64,000 bases of DNA. Source: an uncultured Hyphomicrobiales bacterium (GTDB lineage Bacteria > Pseudomonadota > Alphaproteobacteria > Rhizobiales > Xanthobacteraceae). The stretch is from assembly GCA_964620215.1 (NCBI GenBank), contig CAZUJE010000001.1, positions 726 to 64,725 on the forward strand. The letters are read 5' to 3'. Below, piece by piece: positions 44,552 to 52,549 of the stretch. The notes under the pieces were generated by a model. It made no database searches. It saw only the letters and a program-made list of their open reading frames with translations, and had not been told where the DNA came from. The position numbers were made by a program, and so were the translations under genes. Every line of letters begins with the position of its first letter. Position 1 is the stretch's first letter.

Positions 44552-45097
44552 GTGCTGATGATGGAAACGAAATCTGACCGCCGCCTGCTGATCGTTGACG
44601 ACGACAAGCCTTTTCTAGAGAGGCTTGCGCGAGCGATGGAGTCGCGTGGCTTTCAGGTCACCACGGCGGAATCCGTGGCCGAGGGTCTTGCGCATGTTTC
44701 CACTTCCGCGCCGGATTATGCCGTGGTCGATATGCGTCTTGGCGACGGCAGCGGCATCGAAGTGATTTCCGCCCTGAAAGAGCGCCGGCCCGAGGCGCGC
44801 GCGGTGGTTCTCACCGGTTATGGCAACATCGCCACCGCCGTGACGGCTGTAAAGCTCGGCGCGGTGGATTATCTTGCGAAGCCCGCTGACGCCGACGATG
44901 TCTATGCGGCGCTGACCGCGGCACCCGGGCAAAAAGCCGAGCCGCCGGAAAAGCCGATGTCGGCCGATCGTGTGCGCTGGGAACACATTCAGCGCGTCTA
45001 TGAATTGTGCGGACGCAATGTTTCCGAAACCGCGCGGCGGCTGAACATGCACCGCCGCACCTTGCAGCGGATTCTAGCCAAGCGCGCACCGCGCTAA
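44552..45097 (+). CDS. regA: redox response regulator (RegA/PrrA/ActR family)
   Basis: 181-aa ORF with a receiver domain (LLIVDDD...DMRLGDGSG) and the near-invariant HTH NVSETARRLNMHRRTLQRILAKRAP. Confidence 0.94.
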   Translation: MLMMETKSDRRLLIVDDDKPFLERLARAMESRGFQVTTAESVAEGLAHVSTSAPDYAVVDMRLGDGSGIEVISALKERRPEARAVVLTGYGNIATAVTAVKLGAVDYLAKPADADDVYAALTAAPGQKAEPPEKPMSADRVRWEHIQRVYELCGRNVSETARRLNMHRRTLQRILAKRAPR

Positions 45098-45573
45098 ATC
45101 AGCACCGGTTCCGTCAAGCCCGGATCGTGAATCGCCGCAAGGCGCGCCGCGGCTGCCCGCCCAAAGCGAACAAGCATTGCTTTCCGCCGCGACGGCGCGA
45201 TCTGGTGTAGTCCACCCTCACGGATCAAGGTGCCGCCATAAGAGTCGGCGATGAGGAGGCCGGCGTCGGCCGGCAATGCGGTTGCGGGAAATTCCGGTGA
45301 GACTGCGAATAAAAGCCGGTCGCAATACAGCCGGTATTCCTGCCACTTTTTGTCCGAGCGAAAATCCGCAAGGCAGGATTTGATCTCCACGATCCAGAAT
45401 TCTCCGCCAGAGCCGAGTGCCACGAGATCGGCGCGGCGTCCCGAGCCGAGCGGCAGTTCGGCCACGGCTGTAAATCCGAGCGCATGCAAAAGACGCAGCG
45501 ACCCGCGCCGGATAGCGGGCGCGGTCTCCAGGTTGCGTTCAAGCGTTTCCGTACTGAATAAAGGAAGAGCCAA
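45094..45573 (-). CDS. mmcB: MmcB-family protein (PD-(D/E)XK nuclease-like)
   Basis: 159-aa ORF. GRRADLVALGSGGEFWIVEIKSCLADFRSDKKWQEY fits the MmcB family D...E-x-K core as I recall it. Confidence 0.7.
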   Translation of the reverse strand: MALPLFSTETLERNLETAPAIRRGSLRLLHALGFTAVAELPLGSGRRADLVALGSGGEFWIVEIKSCLADFRSDKKWQEYRLYCDRLLFAVSPEFPATALPADAGLLIADSYGGTLIREGGLHQIAPSRRKAMLVRFGRAAAARLAAIHDPGLTEPVLI

Positions 45574-45680
45574 GGTGCGAATCCCCGGACGATCCTAAAC
45601 CGGGAGAAATTGAAGGCAACGTCTTTGCTTGCTCCGGCACCCGATTTCGTAGAAAATTTTTTGGACTGGAGAGAAAGTTA

Positions 45681-46517
45681 ATGACAACGCTTGAGCTTGA
45701 AGCTGAATACAACAACCGCGCCCGCGTGCCGGAACACCCGGAAATTTTCAAGCGGTGGACCGAAGCCGCGGCTTTGTTCCGTGCCGGACACAGGAATTCC
45801 GAGCAGCGAATTCCTTACGGGCCGAGCGAGCGTCAATACATCGATTTGTTCTGGCCCTCGGCGGACCGTAACGCGCCGCTCGTTCTCTTTATACATGGCG
45901 GTTACTGGCGCGCGCTCGAACCTTCCATGCACAGCCATTTGGCCGCTGGCGTGAATGCACGCGGACTGGCGATGGCGGTCGTTGGTTACGATCTCTGTCC
46001 AAAGGTTACGATTGTGCAGATCATCGGGCAGATTCAATCGGCTGCGATGTTTCTTGGCCACAGGCTTAACCGGAAGATGGTGGCGGCGGGCCATTCCGCG
46101 GGCGGGCATCTGGCCGCTTGCCTGGTGGGGATCGACTGGAAAAAACTCGCACCGGATTTGCCGGGAGATCTTGTGCCGGCGGGACTTTCGGTCTCGGGTC
46201 TGTTCGACCTGGAGCCGATGCTTCACGTCAGCATGAATCAGGATCTCCGACTGAGGCCGGAAGAAATCGAAGACGTATCTCCGCTATTCTGGAATGTCGC
46301 CCCGGACCGAACACTCGACGCCTGGGTTGGCGGCGATGAAAGTGGCGAATTCCTGCGCCAAAGCAAACAGATCGCGGACGACTGGGCAAAGAAGGGCGTG
46401 AACACGCAATATGTGCCCGTACCCGGCACCAACCATTTCACGGTGCTTGATCCGCTTTCCAATCCCGGCAGCAAAATGACCAGCAGGCTTGCGGAGTTAG
46501 CGGCGAAAATTGCGTAA
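45681..46517 (+). CDS. alpha/beta hydrolase (arylformamidase/esterase-like)
   Basis: 278-aa ORF with the oxyanion block FIHGGYW and the nucleophile elbow GHSAGGHL. Confidence 0.8.
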   Translation: MTTLELEAEYNNRARVPEHPEIFKRWTEAAALFRAGHRNSEQRIPYGPSERQYIDLFWPSADRNAPLVLFIHGGYWRALEPSMHSHLAAGVNARGLAMAVVGYDLCPKVTIVQIIGQIQSAAMFLGHRLNRKMVAAGHSAGGHLAACLVGIDWKKLAPDLPGDLVPAGLSVSGLFDLEPMLHVSMNQDLRLRPEEIEDVSPLFWNVAPDRTLDAWVGGDESGEFLRQSKQIADDWAKKGVNTQYVPVPGTNHFTVLDPLSNPGSKMTSRLAELAAKIA

Positions 46518-46550
46518 CCGGCCTTGATCGGTTAAGTGAATCACAGGCCT

Positions 46551-46627
<77 letters not shown>

Positions 46628-46649
46628 GTTTTCTGAAATTCTGTTCGAT

Positions 46650-47225
46650 TCAGCCGCGCTTCGTCGAGCGGCCCGTGTTGCTTCTGCGCTTCGGTTTGAA
46701 TTTGACCTTGTCTTCCTCATGCTTGCTCTTGGTGCCTTCGCCGATCACGTCGGTCCAGGCGAGCAGCAGTCCTGAAATCACGAACACTAGATGGATCGCC
46801 ACGAGATAGATCAACGTCTTCTCGTTGAAATTCTTCTCGATATTCATGAATGCCTTCAGCACTTGGATCGCCGAAATCGCGACGATCGAAGCCAGCAATT
46901 TCTGCTTCAGGCCCGAGAAATCGATCTTGGTCATCCATTCCGGCCAGTCCGGATGGCCTTCAGGATCGATCTTGGAAACGAAATTCTCGTAACCGGAAAA
47001 AATCACTATCAGAACGAGATTGCCGGTGAGAGAAAGGTCGATCAACGCCAGTACGCCAAGAATGACGTCGGCCTCCGTCGCGGTCGTCACATGAATAAGG
47101 AAATGAAAAAATTCACGGACGAATGTGTAGAGCAGAATGAACAGGCTTCCGATCAAACCGAAATAAAACGGGGCAATCAGCCAGCGGCTCTGGAAAATGG
47201 CGCGCTCAAGAAATCTTTCAACCAT
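46650..47225 (-). CDS. yqhA: YqhA/UPF0114 family inner-membrane protein
   Basis: 191-aa ORF. MVERFLERAIFQSRWLIAPFYFGL is typical of UPF0114, and there are several TM helices. Confidence 0.78.
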   Translation of the reverse strand: MVERFLERAIFQSRWLIAPFYFGLIGSLFILLYTFVREFFHFLIHVTTATEADVILGVLALIDLSLTGNLVLIVIFSGYENFVSKIDPEGHPDWPEWMTKIDFSGLKQKLLASIVAISAIQVLKAFMNIEKNFNEKTLIYLVAIHLVFVISGLLLAWTDVIGEGTKSKHEEDKVKFKPKRRSNTGRSTKRG

Positions 47226-47287
47226 GACGCCCTCCGCTTTTCATCATGAATCGATGGCATGGCGGAGGGCGATCATGCAAGTGAGCG

Positions 47288-47944
47288 TTAGCTTGCGGCA
47301 ACACCCGTGCTGATCTGGCAGGCAACGCCAGTACCGCCTAACCCGCAATAGCCGTAAGGGTTCTTGGCCAGATACTGCTGGTGATAATCCTCGGCAAAAT
47401 AAAATTCCTGTGTGTCGAGGATTTCAGTAGTGATGGCTTGAAAGCCCTTGCCTTGCAGGGCACCCTCATAGGCCGATTTTGAAGCTTCAGCCGCTGCGCG
47501 CTGGGCTGCGTCATAGACATAGATTCCCGAGCGATATTGCGTGCCAACGTCGTTGCCCTGCCGCATTCCCTGCGTCGGGTTATGTCCTTCCCAGAAAACT
47601 TTCAGCAGTTCGGTGTAAGTGATCTGTTTGGGATCATAGACCACGAACACTACCTCGTTGTGTCCGGTGCGGCCCGAACAGACTTCCTCATAGGTCGGGT
47701 TCGGCGTGACGCCGGCGGCGTATCCAACCGCCGTGACCCATACACCGGGTATCCTCCAGAACACGCGCTCCGCTCCCCAGAAGCAGCCAAGACCGAACAT
47801 CGCCTTGGCCATTCCTTCCGGATACGGACCCTTCAGTGCGCGTCCAGTGACGGCATGTTTCTCAGCAGTGGGAATCGCCGTCACACGCCCCGGAAGGGCC
47901 GTGTTGCGGTTCGGCATCTCGACCGTTTTTTTGAAGGAGAACAT
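47288..47944 (-). CDS. msrA: peptide-methionine (S)-S-oxide reductase
   Basis: The internal ATG ([14 protein letters not shown]...) gives 218 aa. The active-site block is GLGCFWGAE. Confidence 0.94.
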   Translation of the reverse strand: MFSFKKTVEMPNRNTALPGRVTAIPTAEKHAVTGRALKGPYPEGMAKAMFGLGCFWGAERVFWRIPGVWVTAVGYAAGVTPNPTYEEVCSGRTGHNEVVFVVYDPKQITYTELLKVFWEGHNPTQGMRQGNDVGTQYRSGIYVYDAAQRAAAEASKSAYEGALQGKGFQAITTEILDTQEFYFAEDYHQQYLAKNPYGYCGLGGTGVACQISTGVAAS

Positions 47945-48093
47945 TGTCGGCTCCTGATCTCGCGCGTTTTGCCGCGCGTTCATCGCCAATATAAGCTTTG
48001 CAGGCCATTTCCGCACCGGCGGGCGAAGGCGGCTTCGATCACGGTCGCGCTATCGCACGGTCCAATGGCCTCGGCTTCCGGTGAACGGAATCG

Positions 48094-48417
48094 TCAGTCG
48101 CGCGACGAATAGCCGACCGAATAGGTGCGCTTCCGTCCGAACAGGATCAGCAGCGTGCCAACAACACACAGCACCAGCCAGAGGGGGGCGTTGAGAAACT
48201 TGAGTGCCACGCTTTCCCACATCCAGACGGAGAAGTTTTGCTCAATGATCTGGTGCAGGGCTTCCACGCTGGCCGCATTGACTGCGGACCAAGCCTCCAC
48301 CAGCGGCATGATGACAAGGCGCGAGGCGGCAATCGAGCGGGCGCCATCGATTACGAAGGCGACAAATGCGCCCGCCAGCAACCAGAGACCGATAAAACGG
48401 AACAAAAACTTGAACAT
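48094..48417 (-). CDS. small hypothetical membrane protein
   Basis: 107-aa ORF with clear N- and C-terminal TM helices and core-like codon usage. No family was recognised. Confidence 0.55.
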   Translation of the reverse strand: MFKFLFRFIGLWLLAGAFVAFVIDGARSIAASRLVIMPLVEAWSAVNAASVEALHQIIEQNFSVWMWESVALKFLNAPLWLVLCVVGTLLILFGRKRTYSVGYSSRD

Positions 48418-48519
48418 GCGAGGCCTGCCGCCTCTCGACTAAACCCTCACGAAGCCCGGTGCAACTACCCGCTTTTGCTTGTCTCGAATCCTTCCCGGAG
48501 TATATTCGCGCGCTCTCAA

Positions 48520-48609
48520 GGAGGGGTGGCCGAGTGGTTTAAGGCGCACGCCTGGAAAGTGTGTATACGGGAAACCGTATCGCGGGTTCGAATCCCGCCC
48601 CCTCCGCCA
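48520..48609 (+). tRNA. tRNA-Ser (anticodon GGA)
   Basis: Class II cloverleaf: acceptor GGAGGGG/CCCCTCC, anticodon stem CACGC/GTGTG with loop CT-GGA-AA, a long variable arm, T arm GCGGG-TTCGAAT-CCCGC, and an encoded CCA. A possible -10 TATATT lies about 15 nt upstream. Confidence 0.95.
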
Positions 48610-48661
48610 CCCATTAAACCTGTTTTGTTCGCGGTTGTGCGCGAGTGCCGCGATGAAATAG

Positions 48662-48958
48662 TATTGGATAAGTGACACCGCTGTCCGAATCAACCGCTAT
48701 GGGCGAGCTGAGAGCGAAGGCCGAGGACTGCTTTCATCCTTTGCGCGGGCGGTGACTTTAGGCATTCCGGTTCTGACCGCTGTACGGCATCCGTACGATC
48801 AGGAATGGAGCAAGTATCACGGTGGAGCTGCCTCCGACCTGCCGTGTGAGGAAACACCCATCTGCCAATGGGCGGTTAGAGTCATCGAGAGTGCGCGTCA
48901 GGAGTGTCCCGCTTTCATTGAGATCGGGGCTCATGCGCAAGAATCAAGAATAAGGTGA
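48662..48958 (+). pseudogene. 5'-truncated DUF2478 (NTPase-like) gene fragment
   Basis: The frame is open only from 48662. The translation ...[51 protein letters not shown] resembles the C-terminal ~60 percent of DUF2478 proteins (recalled pattern NKFGK-E-EG-G...G-PVL-AV...W..F-GG). The N-terminal P-loop half is missing, and the fragment begins ~50 nt after the tRNA. Confidence 0.55.
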
Positions 48959-48960
48959 AC

Positions 48961-48979
48961 GCGTTGATACTTCTTCTAG
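48961..48979 (+). repeat. left copy of perfect 19-nt direct repeat GCGTTGATACTTCTTCTAG
   Basis: Read directly. It is identical to 54766-54784. It runs into the 12-bp palindrome TCTTCTAGAAGA and the inverted repeat GAAGAG-CC-CTCTTC. Confidence 0.9.
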
Positions 48980-49050
48980 AAGAGCCTCTTCGCCCCAAGC
49001 CCCTCGGGGTGAACGATACGACGGCCTTGACGATTTCTCGCGGTGGCTGA

Positions 49051-49413
49051 CTAGAATTTCGCTTGCGCCGTAATATTGGAGCTATTCGTGATTTGAATCG
49101 CGCCTTTGATCGGCGCTTTCAGTTGAACCGCTGCGGTGCCTGTGAGTTTGTTCTCGCCCTCGGGCGCAAGTGTGAAGCGTTCAGCTTTTCCGTTGACGAC
49201 CAAGATGGCAGTTCCCTTGAAGCCTGTAGTAGAGACCGTCTTCTCCTTCTGATCGCTCACAAAAACCGTCAGCGAGCCATCCTTGACGATTGCCTCTATG
49301 TGATAGTCACCCGCATCAGCCTGTTGGCCACCATTCTTCCCCTTGGCAGGACCATGAGCGTGCGCGGTGGAGATCGAGATCGCTAGAAGTCCGATCAGCA
49401 ATAGTTTGTTCAT
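49051..49413 (-). CDS. small secreted periplasmic protein, paralogous to the N-terminal domain of the upstream RND adaptor
   Basis: 120 aa from the internal ATG. The signal peptide is MNKLLLIGLLAISISTAHA and the predicted mature N-terminus is HGPAKG. It is beta-rich and starts 10 nt downstream of the RND pump stop. Confidence 0.7.
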   Translation of the reverse strand: MNKLLLIGLLAISISTAHAHGPAKGKNGGQQADAGDYHIEAIVKDGSLTVFVSDQKEKTVSTTGFKGTAILVVNGKAERFTLAPEGENKLTGTAAVQLKAPIKGAIQITNSSNITAQAKF

Positions 49414-49423
49414 GTCGTTCCCT

Positions 49424-52400
49424 TCAGAATGCTTCCGCAGGCGCGCTTCCGCCTTTGGATGATTGCGCGGCTTCGTTGCGAATCTTTTCGAGCGGCTTCG
49501 CGCCGTACCGCAGGAAAAGTATGGGTGTAAGAATTGCATCGAGAAGCGTTGCGCTGATCAGACCGCCAAAGATCGTCACGGCTACAGGATGCAGGATTTC
49601 CTTTCCGGCCGATGATGGATCGATCATCAATGGAATGAGGGCTACACCTGCCGACAAGGCGGTCATTAAAACCGGCGTTAACCGCTCTAGTGTGCCGCGT
49701 ACAACTAGTTCGCGCCCAAAAGGCATCCCTTCACGCAGCGCAAGGTTGAGATAGTGACTGATCTTAAGGATGCCGTTGCGGGTGGCGATGCCCGTTAGGG
49801 TGATGAAGCCGATCATCGAGGCAACCGACAACGGCAAATCAGCAAGCCAAAGCGCAATCACACTCCCGACAAGGGCGAGAGGAATGCTGCCCAGAATGAT
49901 TACGCTGTAAATTATAGATCGATAGCGGCTGTAAAGCACCGCGAAGATCATAGCGAACGAAAGCAACGAGAGCGCCCCGATGGTGCGGCTCGCATCCCGC
50001 TGCGCCTGGAAGTTGCCTTCGAGGCTTACGAAGAAGCCCTGCGGCAACTTCGTTTGCGCCACTCGCTCTTGGATCGCGTTTGCGATGGCGGCGATATCCG
50101 AGCCATCCGTATTCGCAAGTACGGCAATGCGGCGGCGGCCGTTCTCCCTCAGAATCTGATTGGGTCCATCGGTTTCGCGTATCTCAGCGATTTGTTTCGC
50201 CGGTATCCAGCCGTAGGGAGTCTGGATGAGAAGATCGCCAAGTCCCTGCGTTGTGCGAAGCCGCTCCGGAAGGCGTATGACAACATCGTATCGGCGGTAA
50301 CCGTCAACAAGGCGGGAAACCACGCGCCCGCTCGAAAGGCGGGTGATTTGATCGATGACGGCCGCAGGCTGCACGCCGTATAGGGCAGCACGATTGTAGT
50401 CGATGCGAATCTCTAATTGCGGAATGAGCGTCTGACGTTCGACCTGCAAATCGACGACGCCGGGAATATCAGCGATTGCGGCCCGCAATCCCTCCGCAGT
50501 TCTTCGCAGCGTGTCGAGATCGTCGCCGAACAGCTTCAGCACGATCTCCGCCCGCACCCCCGAGAGCATATGATCAAGCCGGTGAGAAATCGGTTGTCCA
50601 ACATTGATAGACACCGGCAACACAGAAAGTTTTGCGCGGATTTCTTCCGCCACCACCGCCTTGCCCCGGTTATCACGCTTCAGCTCGACATCAAGTTCGT
50701 TAACGTGGACACCCTCGGCATGTTCGTCGAGTTCTGCCCGTCCCGTGCGTCGTCCGACGATCTGCACGTCGGGAATCTCAAGAATGAGCTTCTCGGCAAT
50801 CGAGCCGATGCGAGACGATTCCGCGAGCGAAATACCGGGGGTGAAGGTCAAATTGATAGTGAATGTGCCTTCATTGAAGGTGGGCAGGAATGCTCGCGGG
50901 AGGGCGAACAGTCCTGCAACGGAAATCGCGATGACGATTGCCGCTGCGGTTAGAATTTTTCCCTGATATCCGAAGGCAATCTGAAGCGCTCGCTTGTTCC
51001 ATTTTTTCAGGATCGTGACGAGGCCGCTTTCGTGTTCGCTGAGGCGACGGAGTCCGGGCAGCAAGTAGTACGCCATAACCGGCGTCAGCGTCACCGAAAC
51101 AAGCAGACTCGCGAGAATTGAAATGATGTACGCTTCCGCTAGCGGAGCAAATAGTCGTCCCTCGATCCCTGAGAGTGCGAACAAAGGCACCAACACCAAT
51201 ACGATGATGAAAGTCGCGTAGACGATACCTGAGCGCACTTCCTGACTTGCCGTAACGATAACTTCATAAGCGGAGCGTGGATTTCCTGCCTCGCGGTTCT
51301 CGCGAAGACGGCGGAAGATGTTCTCGACATCGACTACGGCATCATCGACCAATTCTCCAATCGCGATTGCAATTCCGCCTAGCGTCATCGTGTTGATCGA
51401 GAGGCCCGCGAAATAGAAGATCAGCGCCGTGATCAGGATCGAGACCGGAATTGCCGTCAGCGAGATGACCGTGGTGCGCAAGTTCAACAAGAAAGCGAAG
51501 AGAATGATGGCGACAACGACCACCGCTTCCAACAGAACTTTTTGCACGTTGCCGATGGAAGCCGAGATAAAATCTGCCTGACGGAAAATGATCTGATCGA
51601 TTTTCGTTCCTTCCGGGAGAGTTGTCGCGATCTGACTGAGCGACTCTTCAATCTTTTTCGTCAGGCTGATCGTATCGACATGCGGTTGCTTTTCGACGGA
51701 TACGAGAACGGCGGGCGCGCCCATGTAGCCGGAATCACCGCGTTTTACGCGCGCCGCAAACTCGACCTCCGCGATCTGCCTTAAATAGACCGGTCCGGTA
51801 TCGTTGCTACCGACCACGATGGTGCGGAGGTCGTCGAGCGAGGTGGTCCGCCCGATACTCCGTATGAGATATTCGCGGGAATGCTGATCGGTGAATCCAC
51901 CGCCTGCATTGCTCCCGAAAGAGCTGAGCGCCTTTTCAATCTGATCGTGTGCAATATTGAAGGCGCGCATGGCGGCTGGGTTCGGAGCGATGCGGAACTG
52001 CCTGACCTCGCCGCCCATGGGGATGACTTGCGCGACGCCGGGAATCGTCAAAAGGCGTGGCCGGATCACAAAATCGGCGATCTCACGCAGCTCCATCGGG
52101 CTTAATTTCTCGTTGGTGACGGCGGTGATCAGGATTTGGCCCATGATCGAACTGACGGGGCCAAGCTGTGGCGTAACTGTTGGCGGCAATTGATCGCGAA
52201 TAAGATTGAGCTTCTCATTCACGAGTTGCCGGTTCCGGTAAATTTCCGTGCTCCAGTCGAATTCGACATACACAAACGAAAGCCCGACACCGGAGACCGA
52301 GCGTACACGGGCCACACCGGGCAGGCCGTTCATCTGAGTCTCAACCGGAAAAGTAATCAGTTGCTCCACTTCCTGTGGAGCGTAGCCTTCGGCTTCCGTC

Positions 52401-52549
52401 ATGATTGTGACGGTTGGTCGATTAAGATCAGGGAATACATCGACTGGTAGACGCGTTACGGCGAAGGCACCGTAAATCATCAGTACAGCCGCCATGGCAA
52501 GCACGAGGACGCGATACTGAAGCGAGCGGCTGACGATGAATGTAAACAT
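49424..52549 (-). CDS. heavy-metal-efflux type RND inner-membrane transporter (CusA/CzcA superfamily)
   Basis: 1041-aa ORF with the N-terminus MFTFIVSRSLQYRVLVLAMAAV...LPVDVFPDLNRPTVTIMTEAEGYAPQEVE and the TM4 block GGIAIAIGELVDDAVVDVEN. It has a 12-TM RND layout and a 1-nt TGATG overlap with the adaptor gene. Confidence 0.92.
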   Translation of the reverse strand: MFTFIVSRSLQYRVLVLAMAAVLMIYGAFAVTRLPVDVFPDLNRPTVTIMTEAEGYAPQEVEQLITFPVETQMNGLPGVARVRSVSGVGLSFVYVEFDWSTEIYRNRQLVNEKLNLIRDQLPPTVTPQLGPVSSIMGQILITAVTNEKLSPMELREIADFVIRPRLLTIPGVAQVIPMGGEVRQFRIAPNPAAMRAFNIAHDQIEKALSSFGSNAGGGFTDQHSREYLIRSIGRTTSLDDLRTIVVGSNDTGPVYLRQIAEVEFAARVKRGDSGYMGAPAVLVSVEKQPHVDTISLTKKIEESLSQIATTLPEGTKIDQIIFRQADFISASIGNVQKVLLEAVVVVAIILFAFLLNLRTTVISLTAIPVSILITALIFYFAGLSINTMTLGGIAIAIGELVDDAVVDVENIFRRLRENREAGNPRSAYEVIVTASQEVRSGIVYATFIIVLVLVPLFALSGIEGRLFAPLAEAYIISILASLLVSVTLTPVMAYYLLPGLRRLSEHESGLVTILKKWNKRALQIAFGYQGKILTAAAIVIAISVAGLFALPRAFLPTFNEGTFTINLTFTPGISLAESSRIGSIAEKLILEIPDVQIVGRRTGRAELDEHAEGVHVNELDVELKRDNRGKAVVAEEIRAKLSVLPVSINVGQPISHRLDHMLSGVRAEIVLKLFGDDLDTLRRTAEGLRAAIADIPGVVDLQVERQTLIPQLEIRIDYNRAALYGVQPAAVIDQITRLSSGRVVSRLVDGYRRYDVVIRLPERLRTTQGLGDLLIQTPYGWIPAKQIAEIRETDGPNQILRENGRRRIAVLANTDGSDIAAIANAIQERVAQTKLPQGFFVSLEGNFQAQRDASRTIGALSLLSFAMIFAVLYSRYRSIIYSVIILGSIPLALVGSVIALWLADLPLSVASMIGFITLTGIATRNGILKISHYLNLALREGMPFGRELVVRGTLERLTPVLMTALSAGVALIPLMIDPSSAGKEILHPVAVTIFGGLISATLLDAILTPILFLRYGAKPLEKIRNEAAQSSKGGSAPAEAF

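Noticed and set aside
46628-47225. yqhA as a single-gene micro-islet next to tRNA-Arg(CCG), because it seems to use more T-ending codons.
   Set aside because: This is only an impression from one short membrane-protein gene. There are no repeats, tRNA-end copy or mobility genes. Membrane proteins often show skewed codon usage.
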